DNA from: Macrostomum lignano
Lineage: Eukaryota
Reading direction: 5' to 3'
Assembly (NCBI GenBank): GCA_002269645.1
Contig: NIVC01003678.1
Span: 19,314-83,313, forward strand
Length of the DNA: 64,000 nt
Shown here piece after piece: positions 38,354 to 51,010 of the stretch. Numbering within the stretch: position 1 is the stretch's first letter; every line of letters starts with the position of its first letter. Below the pieces are notes generated by a model. It worked only from the letters and a program-made list of their open reading frames with translations, had not been told where the DNA came from and searched no databases. The position numbers were made by a program, and so were the translations under genes.

Positions 38354-40416
38354 CCATAGTCAGGAAGGTGGCCTCTGAGTAGGGGGCGACCGGGACGGCC
38401 AAAGTCGGGCCCGGGTCGGGCCCGGGAATGAGGACTCGGGCCCGGGTCGGGCCTCGGGAATTCGGGACAAGATCTTTAAGACAGCTCAATAATTGGAAAA
38501 AAATCATAATAAATCTTAATACTTTTAGCATATGCGGATTACTATTAAATATATAATAAATATATTAATATATTAAATCTAATATAATATTAAATGTATA
38601 ATAAATATATGATAAACATTAAATATATTATAATATATAAATATATTAAATATATAATAATATATAAATATAATATATTATATTAAATATATAATAAATA
38701 TTATTTTTATTTAATACATTAGTTAAGACTTCAGAATAGATAAGAGTTACATTAAAAGACTTAATACTCAAATATCAATATACTCAATAGTTCAAATTCA
38801 ATGTCACTGTGTGGCACAAGTACTGTGTGTGTGCCAGTGACAGTGACACTAACACTTAACAGGCAGTGAGGTAGGCAAGCAGGCACTGCGGTAGTGCAGC
38901 TGGCACTGGCAGTGGCAGTAAGCAAAAAGAAGAAAAGCTGAAGCATTAAGTGTAAGGCACTTGGCATTGGAAGCAGTAAGGAAGTAAGAACCAAATCAAT
39001 TGATTGATTCTTTTATTTGAATTTTTAGTTTCTTTACATAGCTTCAATGTAAAGAGCCATGTACACAGTCAGTATTCAGTAAGACAACAAGACAAGACAA
39101 CAGAACAGAACACAAGTGAAGTGACAACACAACACAACACTCAACTGTCTCAACAGAACAGGCAAACAGACAATGGAAATACAAGTAATTAGCTGATACC
39201 TGCCTACCTGCTCACCTACCTACCTAAACGAATATGATTACGAATACGATACTGAGTCTACAACTACAACTACCTACGAATACAATACAAATATGAACAC
39301 GATTACAAACTCTGATAGATAGCAAACTTCTTGGAAAAATGGTAGCCTTGGCCCTTAATAGGTACTTCTTGGAACGTAAATAGGAAATGTTATTTACAAA
39401 AGCTTAAAAATGACAAATCAACTTTTTAAAGAATCATATTTTTGCTTTTAGGCTGCAGCCTGCAGCGTGTAAAGTGGAATCAATATTGCATCAACTATGT
39501 TTTAATTTTATCTTCCTGGAAAAAATCCGATCTTCCTGGAAAGTGGAAACTGGCTGTGGCTGACGCTCACGGTCACAGACACTCACGCTTAGAGCCTACT
39601 ACGAATCAATGATATTGCTACTTCACATCATATCATCTATTACTATTACTGCAGTCGTGCAGTGCTTGAGTCTTGAGTGCTGATGCAATGCTTAACTGAG
39701 TGTTGTGCTGTGCTGTGAATAAAAATAATTTTATTCTTATTTGCACGCAGTTAGTGCCTTTAGGGAAAAAAGACTTGTCCCGATTTCCCGACTTTTTTAG
39801 GGTCGGGCCCGGGCCCGGGTCGGGCCACGATTTTGGTCGGGATTCCCGACTTTTCGGGCCCGGGCCCGGGACTGGGTCGCCCCCTACCTCTGAGGGGGAA
39901 AATTCCTGCGCACACAAAGGGTCTCGGCGCACATTGGCGCACAAGTGTGGGGCACACAAGGGGTCCTTGGTGCACTTGGCGCACAATCATAGCGCACACT
40001 GAGGTCCCTAGCGCATGTGGCACATAATTGCGGCACATAAGGTCCCTGACATGCATGAAAATTGTAATGCAAATTAACAATTTTACGTAAAATAAAGGAG
40101 ATTTGTATAGTCTAGAAAATCAGTGATAAACTTTTTGTTTCTTTAAAATTAACAGTAAATAAAATTAGTATAAATTATCGCTAAAGATGTAAATTTTGCA
40201 TTATTCTATTTATAGGTATAATTTAAGTTTGTTTAAAATGAAAATATGCGTAAAATTTTAAAAAGGCTTTTCATACAAAGGCCTTTCTTAGAAAACTACT
40301 CGTGACGAGTGGCGCACAGATGGCGCACAGACAGCACACAAATGGCACATAGATGGCACATAAATCGTCCCAAAAAAATTATTCCAGCTCATACTGTGCC
40401 ACCTTCCTGACTATGG
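38354..40416. mobile_element. Non-autonomous TIR element (outer element of a nest)
   Basis: 19-bp TIR CCATAGTCAGGAAGGTGGC / GCCACCTTCCTGACTATGG; flanks ATCAAGGG / AACAAGGG. Confidence 0.8.
38380..39886. mobile_element. hAT-like non-autonomous element nested in the outer element
   Basis: TIR TAGGGGGCGACC / GGTCGCCCCCTA; perfect 8-bp TSD CCTCTGAG; GC-rich CCCGGG subterminal motifs. Confidence 0.9.
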
Positions 40417-40548
40417 AACAAGGGTTTTTCTTTGTCTAACTAGGCTTTATAAAAAAAAGTAAGGTCCTATCTTACTCTGTAGTAAATTTTCTACCTAAGG
40501 CAATTTTTTGCTTTAGTTTAGAAGGTCATATTTCTAAATGGTCATATA

Positions 40549-40991
40549 AATAAAGCTTAAGATCAACATTTATGGCGAAAACCAACGCGTTTCAACCCAT
40601 TAGGGCCGTCCTCAGGGTATATTTTATCACTGAACAAAACTTTTCAGGCAGAGACTCAGTCTTAAAGTTGAATTGTCCAGCCGCTGGTTGGGACTGTATG
40701 GCGTGAGAATGAAGGCTCGCTGCTCGGGCTAGTTGAGGCAACCGATCCCTGCGAGATGGATGTTCACAAAGCCGAGCTTAGAGAATGATCGGCCGCCTTT
40801 CTCTTCCTTTCTAACTGAGACGCAAATTGTTCCAGCTGGTAGGCGGCAGCTGAACTGACGTATCACTTTCGTTCAGTGATAAAATATACCCTGAGGACGG
40901 CCCTAGTGGGTTGAAACGCGTTGGTTTTCGCCATAAATGTTGATTTTAAGCTTTATTTATTTGCTATTAATTAAGCAAGCAACTCTACCAC
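40549..40991. mobile_element. Penelope-like insert: inverted hammerhead-like arms enclosing a captured host exon fragment
   Basis: Arms ~40546-40635 and 40871-40960 (2 mismatches); 13-bp direct flanks AAATGGTCATATA at 40536 and 40992; internal 40642-40857 equals 36264-36479. Confidence 0.75.
40888..40925 (+). ncRNA. Minimal type I hammerhead-ribozyme-like motif, with a second copy on the minus strand at ~40581-40618
   Basis: ACC-CTGAGGA-C-GGCCC-TAGT-GGGTT-GAAAC-GC-GTT-GGT: CUGANGA and GAAAC cores, stem II, and short stems I and III. Confidence 0.6.
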
Positions 40992-41307
40992 AAATGGTCA
41001 TATATTCTTTAAATCTCTAAGGTAAAAACTTTAATAAGCCAAAAAAATAAAAAAACAGTGAAATAACTAATAAAAATAAGTGTTTTTTCTTTAACAAACA
41101 AAAATTCTGTATAAAATAAAATGCAAAGAATATAAAAACTATATATAAGTTATTAAAATATATCTAAATATCTAAAACTATGTATGAAATGTAGCCATGT
41201 ATGCAATGTTTTTCATATGCTTTCTTTGATTGTTCTTTTTAATTTTTTCATAAATTTTTGACTCCTTTTTTGACAATTTATCCAATTATTGTGGATGTTA
41301 ATAGATC

Positions 41308-44300
41308 GGGTCCATGAGACTTGCCCGCAGGCGAACTGCCCGCCGAGATTTGCCCGCAGGAGATTTGCCCGTCGAGATTTGCCCGCCGAGGTTTGCCCGC
41401 AGAGATTTGCCCGCAGTGCATTCTGCCCGCAGGAGATTTGCCCGTCGAGATTTGCCCGTCGAGATTTGCCCGTCGAGATTTGCCTGTCGAGATTTTCCCG
41501 CAGAGATTTTCCCGTCGAGATTTTCCCGTCGAGATTTTCCCGTCGAGATTTGCCCGCAGAGATTTGCCCGCAGAGATTTTCCCGCAATGCAGTTTTAATC
41601 TTGCAAAAATCGACTTATACTTATCGAAATTATTTACCTGCCAGATTTCAACCGTGTGAATCTGAAACTTTTACTGCCGCAAATGCATAAGATATTTCTT
41701 TGGCATTCCGCAGACACCTCAAATTTCCTTTCTGCTAAATTACTGTAGCCTGTTCTATAATCTTTTGTAGCAGCAATTTTTTGCTGGTGGAGCAGCTCAC
41801 ATAGCTTGTCGCATATTTTAATAAGGTAATGACTTTATTTTTCCCTTGACAGAACCGCACAATACAATAGCTATTTTTGTACATTCACTTGGCAAAAAGT
41901 AGAACAAGGTATTTAAGCGTCGCAAGTCAAAAGATGGTGAGGCTGTAGGTATCATTGGCATTAATTGCGAATTAACAGGTTCAACAGCGATTGTACAATC
42001 ACTATGCATGCATAATACAAGCGAAAATGAATTGCAGTAGGTAAATTAGCAATTTTCACTCTACTTAGCTCACACATTAACGGAATTTAGCACCCCTAAG
42101 GAGCAAATCTTCCGATGTGCAGCGCCAGCACATCCATTTGATCCTTCCCTATTCATTCCCTTTCAATCAAGTCCTTGGGTTCAATTACTTAAAACAACTT
42201 TGTACTCTACTGCATTTTTCACTTTGCATTCGCTTAACGATAACTTTTGATTGAGCAATAATGAAAACAATATGAAAATGATTGACCAATTGTTAACATT
42301 TACTGTGCATCGCAAGACAGGAACAGGTGGATGACGGAGTACATGGCAACAAAAGCATTCAGTGATACAGTTACAATGGCAACCTACAAGAGGAAGGGAA
42401 GGGAATGGGGAGGAGGGGTGAGTTGTTATGTAGGCAGAAGACTGTGGGTTCACTGAACTTCTCTGACCTAACCAAATTTCAGAAACTAGAAGCAACCGCA
42501 GTGCTAAATACGAGGGTTTAAAGTGCACAAAGTGAATGCCTTTGCGAATCCCATGGAAGCGGGAACTATTACAGTATTATATAGGCCACAATGAAACTAG
42601 AGCACAGAATATTAAATTTATTGCTTCTTAGTGTAGTGCAGCAAGAAACCAAAATTGTAAGGATAGCTACCGTTGTCAATCAGATCACTTCTTCAAATGG
42701 TGAGCGATGCCCCTCAGGTAGGAACGCAAAGGAAAGTCAGCAGGCAGACCGCCACCTTCGACGTTCCAACGCTGCGTGACGCGAAGAAGCATCGCGTTGC
42801 TCTGCACGTATCTCTTCCGCTCCTTCGGTGCTTCACTAGCGTTGGCTCGCTGCATCAGCAGTGCCTGGTGTTCGACTTCCTTTTTGAGGTCCTTCATGAG
42901 CCGAAAAACATTCGGATTGCTGCAACCCAGAATTGACTGGAACCTCCTATGCCAGGCTTCAACTGCGTTGTTCGTGCGATGAAGTCCATTCAAAGTTCGC
43001 TCACGAACATTCCAAATTGAAGGTGAGAATCGAGGCTGCCGTCTTCCTCCGCCAGGAAGTCGATGGCCGACCCACTGGGCTTCAAAATAGTCTGCTGTTG
43101 AAGCCATCTCCGCAGGAAAGTCAGGCAGCATTATTAACTCATCAAATGCTGCTGGAACACTATTAATAGGCACAAAGGCCAAAGCAGAAAGGCAACGCAG
43201 CCAGACGGACATCTCGCCATCTTCTTCAATCTGACGCTTTAATCCCTCAGCAACTGCTCTTCTGTACACGCACTGAACGAGGTGAAATAGACAGCCTGTT
43301 GACTCGATGCCAAAGACATGCTGAACAGCATTCATGTTAGCTCGCTCAAAATCTGACATCCAGCGAAGTGGCCTCATGTTCGGCGCCAATTGATGCAGAG
43401 CCTCGTAAAATCGACAGTACGTTGCTTCGGTCTTGTTGGGTAGCAATGCGTAGATGAGTGGTCTTATGAAGCCTTGAAGTTCGGCATGCACTGTCACCAG
43501 TTGAGCGAACAGTGGCGGCGAGGCATCGAATGTGCCGTCCGAGAAGAAATCTGTCGCCAATTGCAGGGCTTGAATGTTATCCTCGCTACCGAAGATTAAA
43601 ATTCGATTGTTGTCCTGTCCGGAGTCATGCAGCAGAAACAGTGCTCCGTTGTTGAATTGAAATTCTTCAGGTATAATGAGCTCGGCTCGATTGAGCGGCT
43701 GTACTGGAAGACCTTGGTGCGTTTGACGAACATCTTGAACTTGCCGCTTTAATGCGCTTTGAGATGGAAGGGCTATGCCTGCACACTCAGACAGCCCATT
43801 TGTGTGTTCCATGACGATATTTGCCGTCGAATTCACGGTGTTCCTGGCATCCGATTTAATCTCCCGAAGAGCCTCAAGAACTTGGAATCGAGAGCCGTCA
43901 GGTCCGTGATTGTGGTCATTCAGCTGTCGCACTTTAAAGCCATTCCGGATGTGGATTCGAGCAGGACATGATCCCAAGCGCCGTTCTTCACACTGCCAAA
44001 ATGACACCTCTTCGTCGACCAGGCTAGTTCTTTCAAGTGTAAAGTAGTAGCCTTCGCAGGCTGCTTTGCGCTTCCCACGAATTGTTGCACTAAAGCGCAC
44101 AGCGATGGGAGGAGCTGCTTCCATGTGGTCTGCTTGTTATTAACGTTGTCTTGAAATTCACTTTATATATGTAGAGTTGTCGCAGTCTAACTTGACCAGA
44201 CTAAAGTTGAATACACTAAGCAGTAAGGAAGGGCAGTGTATTTATATATTATAGGAGATAACAGGGGGTTGAGAGAAAGGAGGGGTGGGCAAAGAGAGGG

Positions 44301-45562
44301 GTTGGGTTAGGAGGCGCGATCAAAGGAATGAGGGGCACGCAAGACAAGAAGGAGGCTAAAGGGGTGGGGTGCCTGCAGCCAATCAGAAAGAGAAGAGAGA
44401 ATGAGAGACCCAGACCCAGACCCAGAGAGAATGAAATCCAGACAGATTTTATGGACATTTTATCGAAGACTGGGAATTGAGATATAGGGGTCCAGGATAG
44501 AATTAGCGAGAAAGAATCACATCAGACTTTGTTTACACTGCTTTCTGGATCTTTAGCGAGGAGTTAATAAGCAGGTCTTTAAATTTCATTAAATTTGTTA
44601 TATAGATAAGCCAGCTGCCCGTCGCCACATGCACAAGGCGATGTTTTTAGAAAATGCTCTGCATACTCATACTCTATGTAAGGGCCAGATTATAAAATGT
44701 CGTGGGGTCCCCGACATGCACCATATAGGACTCCATGGCTTATTTACTGGATTTGTCGTTCGGTGGTTGAGCAGATCGAGGTGATAAAATCCAGGCGGCT
44801 GACATGTGAATTTGAAACAGACAGCGCTCCACCAGCTAGAGATTCCAATACCGGGACCGGGATTTGAGAGCAAACACCTGGAATTCCAATCTCAGGACTT
44901 AAAATTGCCCACCATTCAGCGGGATTTCAATTTTTCGGGATTTGCTGGGACTGAAAATGCTGGGGATTTTATGGGAGTTGGACAGGAATATCCCGAACCC
45001 GACAATCCTGGGATTGGAAACTAGCCGGGATTTTACCATCCCTACCACCAGGCACCAGCAAAAAATTGCTGCTACAAAAGATTATAGAACAGGCTACAGT
45101 AATTTAGCAGAAAGGAAATTTGAGGTGTCTGCGGAATGCCAAAGAAATATCTTATGCATTTGCGGCAGTAAGAGTTTCAGATTCACACGGTTGAAATCTG
45201 GCAGGTAAATAATTTCGATAAGTATAAGTCGATTTTTGCAAGATTAAAACTGCATTGCGGGAAAATCTCTGCGGGCAAATCTCTGCGGGCAAATCTCTGC
45301 GGGCAAATCTCGACGGGAAAATCTCGATGGGAAAATCTCTGCGGGAAAATCTCGACAGGCAAATCTCGACGGGCAAATCTCGACGGGCAAATCTCGACGG
45401 GCAAATCTCGACGGGCAAATCTCGACGGGCAAATCTCCTGCGGGCAGAATGCACTGCGGGCAAATCTCTGCGGGCAAACCTCGGCGGGCAAATCTCGACG
45501 GGCAAATCTCCTGCGGGCAAATCTCGGCGGGCAGTTCGCCTGCGGGCAAGTCTCGTGCTCCC
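41308..45562 (-). mobile_element. Mutator-like (MULE) DNA transposon with ~480-bp modular TIRs
   Basis: TIRs ~41308-41790 and ~45060-45562 containing 14-bp subrepeats GAGATTTGCCCGTC; perfect 8-bp TSD AATAGATC. Confidence 0.93.
42685..44124 (-). CDS. FLYWCH-MULE transposase, 479 aa, uninterrupted
   Basis: FLYWCH-like YYF..FWQCEE..CPARI..HNH; FSDGTF, MSDFE, GCLFH, RTNNAVEAWH. Confidence 0.93.
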   Translation of the reverse strand: MEAAPPIAVRFSATIRGKRKAACEGYYFTLERTSLVDEEVSFWQCEERRLGSCPARIHIRNGFKVRQLNDHNHGPDGSRFQVLEALREIKSDARNTVNSTANIVMEHTNGLSECAGIALPSQSALKRQVQDVRQTHQGLPVQPLNRAELIIPEEFQFNNGALFLLHDSGQDNNRILIFGSEDNIQALQLATDFFSDGTFDASPPLFAQLVTVHAELQGFIRPLIYALLPNKTEATYCRFYEALHQLAPNMRPLRWMSDFERANMNAVQHVFGIESTGCLFHLVQCVYRRAVAEGLKRQIEEDGEMSVWLRCLSALAFVPINSVPAAFDELIMLPDFPAEMASTADYFEAQWVGHRLPGGGRRQPRFSPSIWNVRERTLNGLHRTNNAVEAWHRRFQSILGCSNPNVFRLMKDLKKEVEHQALLMQRANASEAPKERKRYVQSNAMLLRVTQRWNVEGGGLPADFPLRSYLRGIAHHLKK

Positions 45563-45800
45563 AATAGATCACTGCACAAAAAATGCACAAAAAGTCAAAC
45601 AAAAAACTCATAGAAAAGTGTTCATAACTTTTAGTTTTAGATCAATTTTCATGAACTAAATGTTTTTGAAAACCTCTTAGCAAGATCTATACAATAAAAT
45701 GCAAATAGGCGTATTTCCTTATTTTTCAAGTATATGTTTGTATACTAACATATTATAGTACAATATAAGCAATAATTTTTCATGCTTTCCCCATCGACAG

Positions 45801-46015
45801 CAACTGGTTGCGGAGGGTGACTCCAACCAAGATGGCACCCTGGACTTCAAAGAATTCGCCAGCTGGGTGCTCGACCATGAAGAACAGTTGAGTCAGGTGT
45901 TTCGCAAAATTGACAAAAAGATGGACGGCTACATTGATGCGGCTGAAATTAAAGAGGCATTCAGCCAGTTGGGCATTTCCATTGACGATGGCAAGGCTGA
46001 AATGCTTGTTAAACG
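45801..46015 (+). CDS. SCaMC: SCaMC exon 2, EF-hands 2-3
   Basis: GDSNQDGTLDFKEF and DKKMDGYIDAAEI; splice sites in frame. Confidence 0.92.
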
Positions 46016-46108
46016 GTGTGTAACTTCTTGTCTAAGTCGAAGATCTGTTTATTCATATTGTTTAGCTTTGCCATAATTTCACACCTCTCCTCAATGCTGC
46101 CCATGCAG

Positions 46109-46220
46109 CATGGATATGGAAGGAAATCTGCTGATTTCCGAAGCCGAATGGAAAGAGTTTCTATTGTTGCAAGCCGGAAGAAGCTTAGACGAAATTGCTT
46201 GCTACTGGGAGCACACTTTG
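46109..46220 (+). CDS. SCaMC: SCaMC exon 3, EF-hand 4
   Basis: MDMEGNLLISEAEWKEFLL; GTGAGT donor. Confidence 0.9.
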
Positions 46221-46319
46221 GTGAGTGAATTGGTTCACTTGGGATTTATGAAAGACCGACTGATATCAATTCTATTAGTAGTCAGCTAAGGTTAAGTTGA
46301 AGTGGCTAATTAAATTGTG

Positions 46320-47390
46320 TATTGTCACTGGACGAATGTGGATTGTCAGTATCTAGATGTAGATTGTCAGTATCTGGATGTGGATTGTCAGTGTCTGAAT
46401 GTGGATTGTCAGTGTCTGGATGTAGATTGTCAGTATCTGGATGTGGATTGTCAGTGTCTGAATGTGGATTGTCAGTGTCTGGATGTGGATTGTCAGTATC
46501 TGGATGGATTGTCAGTATCTGGATGTGGATTGTCAGTGTCTGAATGTGGATTGTCAGTGTCTGGATGTGGATTGTCAGTATCTGGGTGGATTGTCAGTGT
46601 CTGAATGTGGATTGTCAGTATCTGGATGTGGATTGTCAGTGTCTGGATGTGGATTGTCAGTGGCTGGATGTGAATTGTCATTGACTAAATGTGGATTTTC
46701 AGTGGCTGACTGTGGATTGTCCCTGACTGAATGTGAATTGTCACTGACTGAATGTGGATTTCAGTGGCTGACTCTTTATTGTCACTGGCTGAGTGTGGAT
46801 TGTTAGTGGCTGAATGTGGATTGTCAGTGGCTGAATGTCGATTGTCAGTGGCTGAATGTGGATTGTCGGTGGCTGACTGTTTATTGGCTCTAGCTGGATG
46901 TGGATTGTCACTGACTGAATGTGGATTGTCACTGACTGCAAGTGGATTGTCACTGACTGAATGTGGATTGTCACTGACTGAATGTGGATTTCAGTGGCTG
47001 ACTCTTTATTGTCACTGGCTGAGTGTGGATTGTTAGTGGCTGAATGTGGATTGTCAGTGGCTGAATGTCGATTGTCAGTGGCTGAATGTGGATTGTCGGT
47101 GGCTGAATGTTTATTGGCTCTAGCTGGATGTGGATTGTCACTGACTGAATGTGGATTGTCACTGACTGAATGTGGATTGTCACTGACTGATTGTGGATTG
47201 TCACTGACTGATTGTGGATTGTCACTGACTGAATGTGGATTGTCACTGACTGAATGTGGATTGTCACTGACTGAATGTGGATTGTCACTGACTGAATGTG
47301 GATTGTCACTGACTGAATGTGGATTGTCACTGACTGATTGTGGATTGTCACTGACTGAATGTGGATTGTTACTGGCTGAATGTGGATTGG
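46320..47390. repeat. 21-bp minisatellite (TGGATGTGGATTGTCAGTATC grading into ACTGACTGAATGTGGATTGTC)
   Basis: Tandem array with an internal ~230-bp block duplication. Confidence 0.95.
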
Positions 47391-47919
47391 AATTGTTTAC
47401 GTTTTATGTTTAGTCCTCGAATTGTCGGTATTTATTTTTTAAATCGTCCATGTTTTACTGTCTGATACGCCTAGAATTAATTTAACAGATCTCGTTTCGC
47501 TGACGGCCCGGTCCGTCATTTCGGTCTGGCCAATAGTGTGCAACATGAGGCCTGGGTCGTTAGAAAGCAATTTAGATGTGTATTGGTAGTATTAGCAATA
47601 GTAGTAACGACTAACAAGCTAGCGTGATCAAGCGGCTCCCTCAATTCTTGATTAATGCTCTCTGTACTTTTGGCTGTTCGATCAGTCTCTCGCTCGACTC
47701 AGCTCTCTTATCCTCTCGATGTTGAGCTGCAGCTCGGAATTGCTTTGCAGTCACGCTTACTTTGCGCGAATTTGTCAGTCACATTAGCAGACGAGGCCCA
47801 ATAATTGCAGCTGCTGGCTCTGTGTGTGCCGGTTAAAGTACTTTTTTCTAAGTAATTTTATTGCCATATAGTATTTATGCTGTATTTGATGGCTGTGTGC
47901 TTTTCTCTGATTGCTCCCT

Positions 47920-48400
47920 GCTTCTGTCTTCCCCTCCGCCCCTGTCTTCCCCTCAACCCCTGTCTATCTCCATCCCTGTCTTCCCCTCCACCCCTGTCTT
48001 CCCCTCTACCCCTGTCTTCCCCTCCGCCCTGTCTATCTCTCCTCCCCTGTCTTCCCCTCCGCCCTGTCTATCTCTCCTCCCCTGTCTTCCCCTCCGCCCT
48101 GTCTATCTCTCCTCCCCTGTCTTCCCCTCCACCCCTGTCTTCCCCTCCACCCCTGTCTTCCCCTCCGCCCTGTCTATCTCTCCTCCCCTGTCTTCCCCTC
48201 CGCCCTGTCTATCTCTCCTCCCCTGTCTTCCCCTCCACCCCTGTCTTCCCCTCCACCCTGTCTTCCCCTCCACCCCTGTCTTCCCCTCCGCCCCTGTCTT
48301 CCCCTCCACCCCTGTCTTCCCCTCCACCCGGTCTTCCCCTCCACCCCTGTCTTCCCCTCCACCCGGTCTTCCCCTCCGCCCTGTCTATCTCTCCTCCTCT
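47920..48400. repeat. Pyrimidine-rich ~18-bp minisatellite (CCCCTGTCTTCCCCTCCA)
   Basis: Tandem array. Confidence 0.95.
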
Positions 48401-48904
48401 ATCTTCTCTATGCCCCTGTCTGTCTCACTGACTTCCTCTGTCTTCCGCTCTGTCTTTGTCTCCCCTCCCCTGTCTAACCCTACTCCCCATCTGTGCCACA
48501 CTCTTCCATACCATATGTGTTCTCCTCCTTCCTCCCCTCTGTGTCTCCCTCCGCATTCCGCAGTCATGTAGTATGTTTTATTCTGAACATGTTTTGCTGG
48601 AGAGCGGACAGTCGCATACAGTCGAGTTTCAGTAAAAATATTTTTTGTTTCTGTACACATAATCTTTTAAAGATTTGAATAACTGTCAAAGTGTAACTTT
48701 ATTAAGTTTTGTCTCTGGACGATTTCAAAAAAATCTACTAAAGGCAGTCGATTGCGCTAGCGCAAAAATAATCAGGGTGGATCCTCATTCAGCGTACTTT
48801 TGCTACGCTCCGGTGCTTGAGGCTGAGGTCTCGCCATGGGATTGCTCTAGATACTTGGTAAGCTGAGCCTTGGGCAGTGCTGCCTGCCATTCGTTCGTAA
48901 TCGC

Positions 48905-50370
48905 ACAAAGATTCTCTCTGATAGTTCTCAGATAGTGTGGAATGGCAAACAAAGACTCACTCTGATAGTTCTCAGATAGTGTGGAATGGCACACAAAGAC
49001 TCACTCTGATAGTTCTCAGATAGTGTGGAATGGCACACAAAGACTCACTCTGATAGTTCTCAGATAGTGTGGAATGGCACACAAAGACTCAGTCTGATAG
49101 TTCTCAGATAGTGTGGAATGGTACACAAGGACTCAGTCTGATAGTTCTCAGATAGTGTGGAATGGCACACAAAGACTCAGTCTGATAGTTCTCAGATAGT
49201 GTGGAATGGCAAGCAAAGACTCACTCTGATAGTTCTCAGATAGTGTGGAATGGCACACAAAGACTCACTCTGATAGTTCTCAGATAGTGTGGAATGGCAC
49301 ACAAAGACTCACTCTGATAGTTCTCAGATAGTGTGGAATGGCACACAAAGACTCAGTCTGATAGTTCTCAGACAGTGTGGAATGGCACACAAAGACTCAC
49401 TCTGATAGTTCTCAGATAGTGTGGAATGGCAAACAAAGACTCACTCTGATAGTTCTCAGATAGTGTGGAATGGCAAGCAAAGACTCACTCTGATAGTTCT
49501 CAGATAGTGTGGAATGGCACACAAAGACTCACTCTGATAGTTCTCAGATAGTGTGGAATGGCACACAAAGACTCACTCTGATAGTTCTCAGATAGTGTGG
49601 AATGGCACACAAAGACTCAGTCTGATAGTTCTCAGATAGTGTGGAATGGCACACAAAGACTCACTCTGATAGTTCTCAGATAGTGTGGAATGGCACACAA
49701 AGACTCACTCTGATAGTTCTCAGACAGTGTGGAATGGCACACAAAGACTCACTCTGATAGTTCTCAGATAGTGTGGAATGGCAAACAAAGACTCACTCTG
49801 ATAGTTCTCAGACAGTGTGGAATGGCACACAAAGACTCAGTCTGATAGTTCTCAGATAGTGTGGAATGGCACACAAAGACTCACTCTGATAGTTCTCAGA
49901 CAGTGTGGAATGGCAAACAAAGACTCACTCTGATAGTTCTCAGATAGTGTGGAATGGCACACAAAGACTCACTCTGATAGTTCTCAGACAGTGTGGAATG
50001 GCAAACAAAGACTCACTCTGATAGTTCTCAGATAGTGTGGAATGGCACACAAAGACTCACTCTGATAGTTCTCAGACAGTGTGGAATGGCAAACAAAGAC
50101 TCACTCTGATAGTTCTCAGATAGTGTGGAATGGCACACAAAGACTCAGTCTGATAGTTCTCAGATAGTGTGGAATGGCACACAAAGACTCAGTCTGATAG
50201 TTCTCAGATAGTGTGGAATGGCACACAAAGACTCAGTCTGATAGTTCTCAGATAGTGTGGAATGGCACACAAAGACTCAGTCTGATAGTTCTCAGATAGT
50301 GTGGAATGGCACACAAAGACTCTCTCTGATAGTTCTCAGATAGTGTGGAATGGCACACAAAGACTCTCTC
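48905..50370. repeat. 44-bp minisatellite (CTCTGATAGTTCTCAGATAGTGTGGAATGGCACACAAAGACTCA)
   Basis: Highly homogeneous tandem array. Confidence 0.98.
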
Positions 50371-51010
50371 TGAAAAAACGGGTTAGAATTGCATGACAAA
50401 GACTCATAGATTTGAGAGTGGGATCAGAGGGTGTCTGATATTTTGGTTTTAACATGAACAAGGAAGTGATGTACACTGCACGAGTGACCCCTTAGTGATT
50501 CTAGCATTTCTGCACCTTCAAAGCTTTTAATTATTTAAGTGCCTGAACGCCTAATTTATAGCACATTCTCTGTCATGTGCAGATGCTAGCGTGGTAGTTT
50601 TTAGTAATCGATGTTTTTTAATTCTTGCATTTGCATTGACATTTTGTAGTGATAATTATTAATAACGTTTCACTAAAACAGCTATTGAAGCTAAAAAAGA
50701 GATGCATCGGTATTAACTAAAGCCTAAAGTTATCAAATGCTTAACCGCACGAACTTCTGAATAGTTTTTTCCCGCTCGCCGTGTGCCGATGCTGCATTGT
50801 TCTGACTCCAAGTAATATTTGATTGTATTTATTCTCAAAAATGTTACATATTTTAAATAGCAATTTTCGTAACATTCTACTCATTGGCTTTTAATAAGTA
50901 AAGCGTATTGCTTGCTTAAATATTTTTTGTTTTAAAAGAAAGCATATATTGCTACTAATGTTTATTCAGTAGCGTATCGAGAATATTTTCTTTGAACTCT
51001 CTGCCACTAG

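Noticed and set aside
48905-50370. CRISPR-like appearance of the regular 44-bp (and 34-bp) arrays
   Set aside because: Units are contiguous with no unique spacers, there are no cas genes, and the context is a eukaryotic intron.
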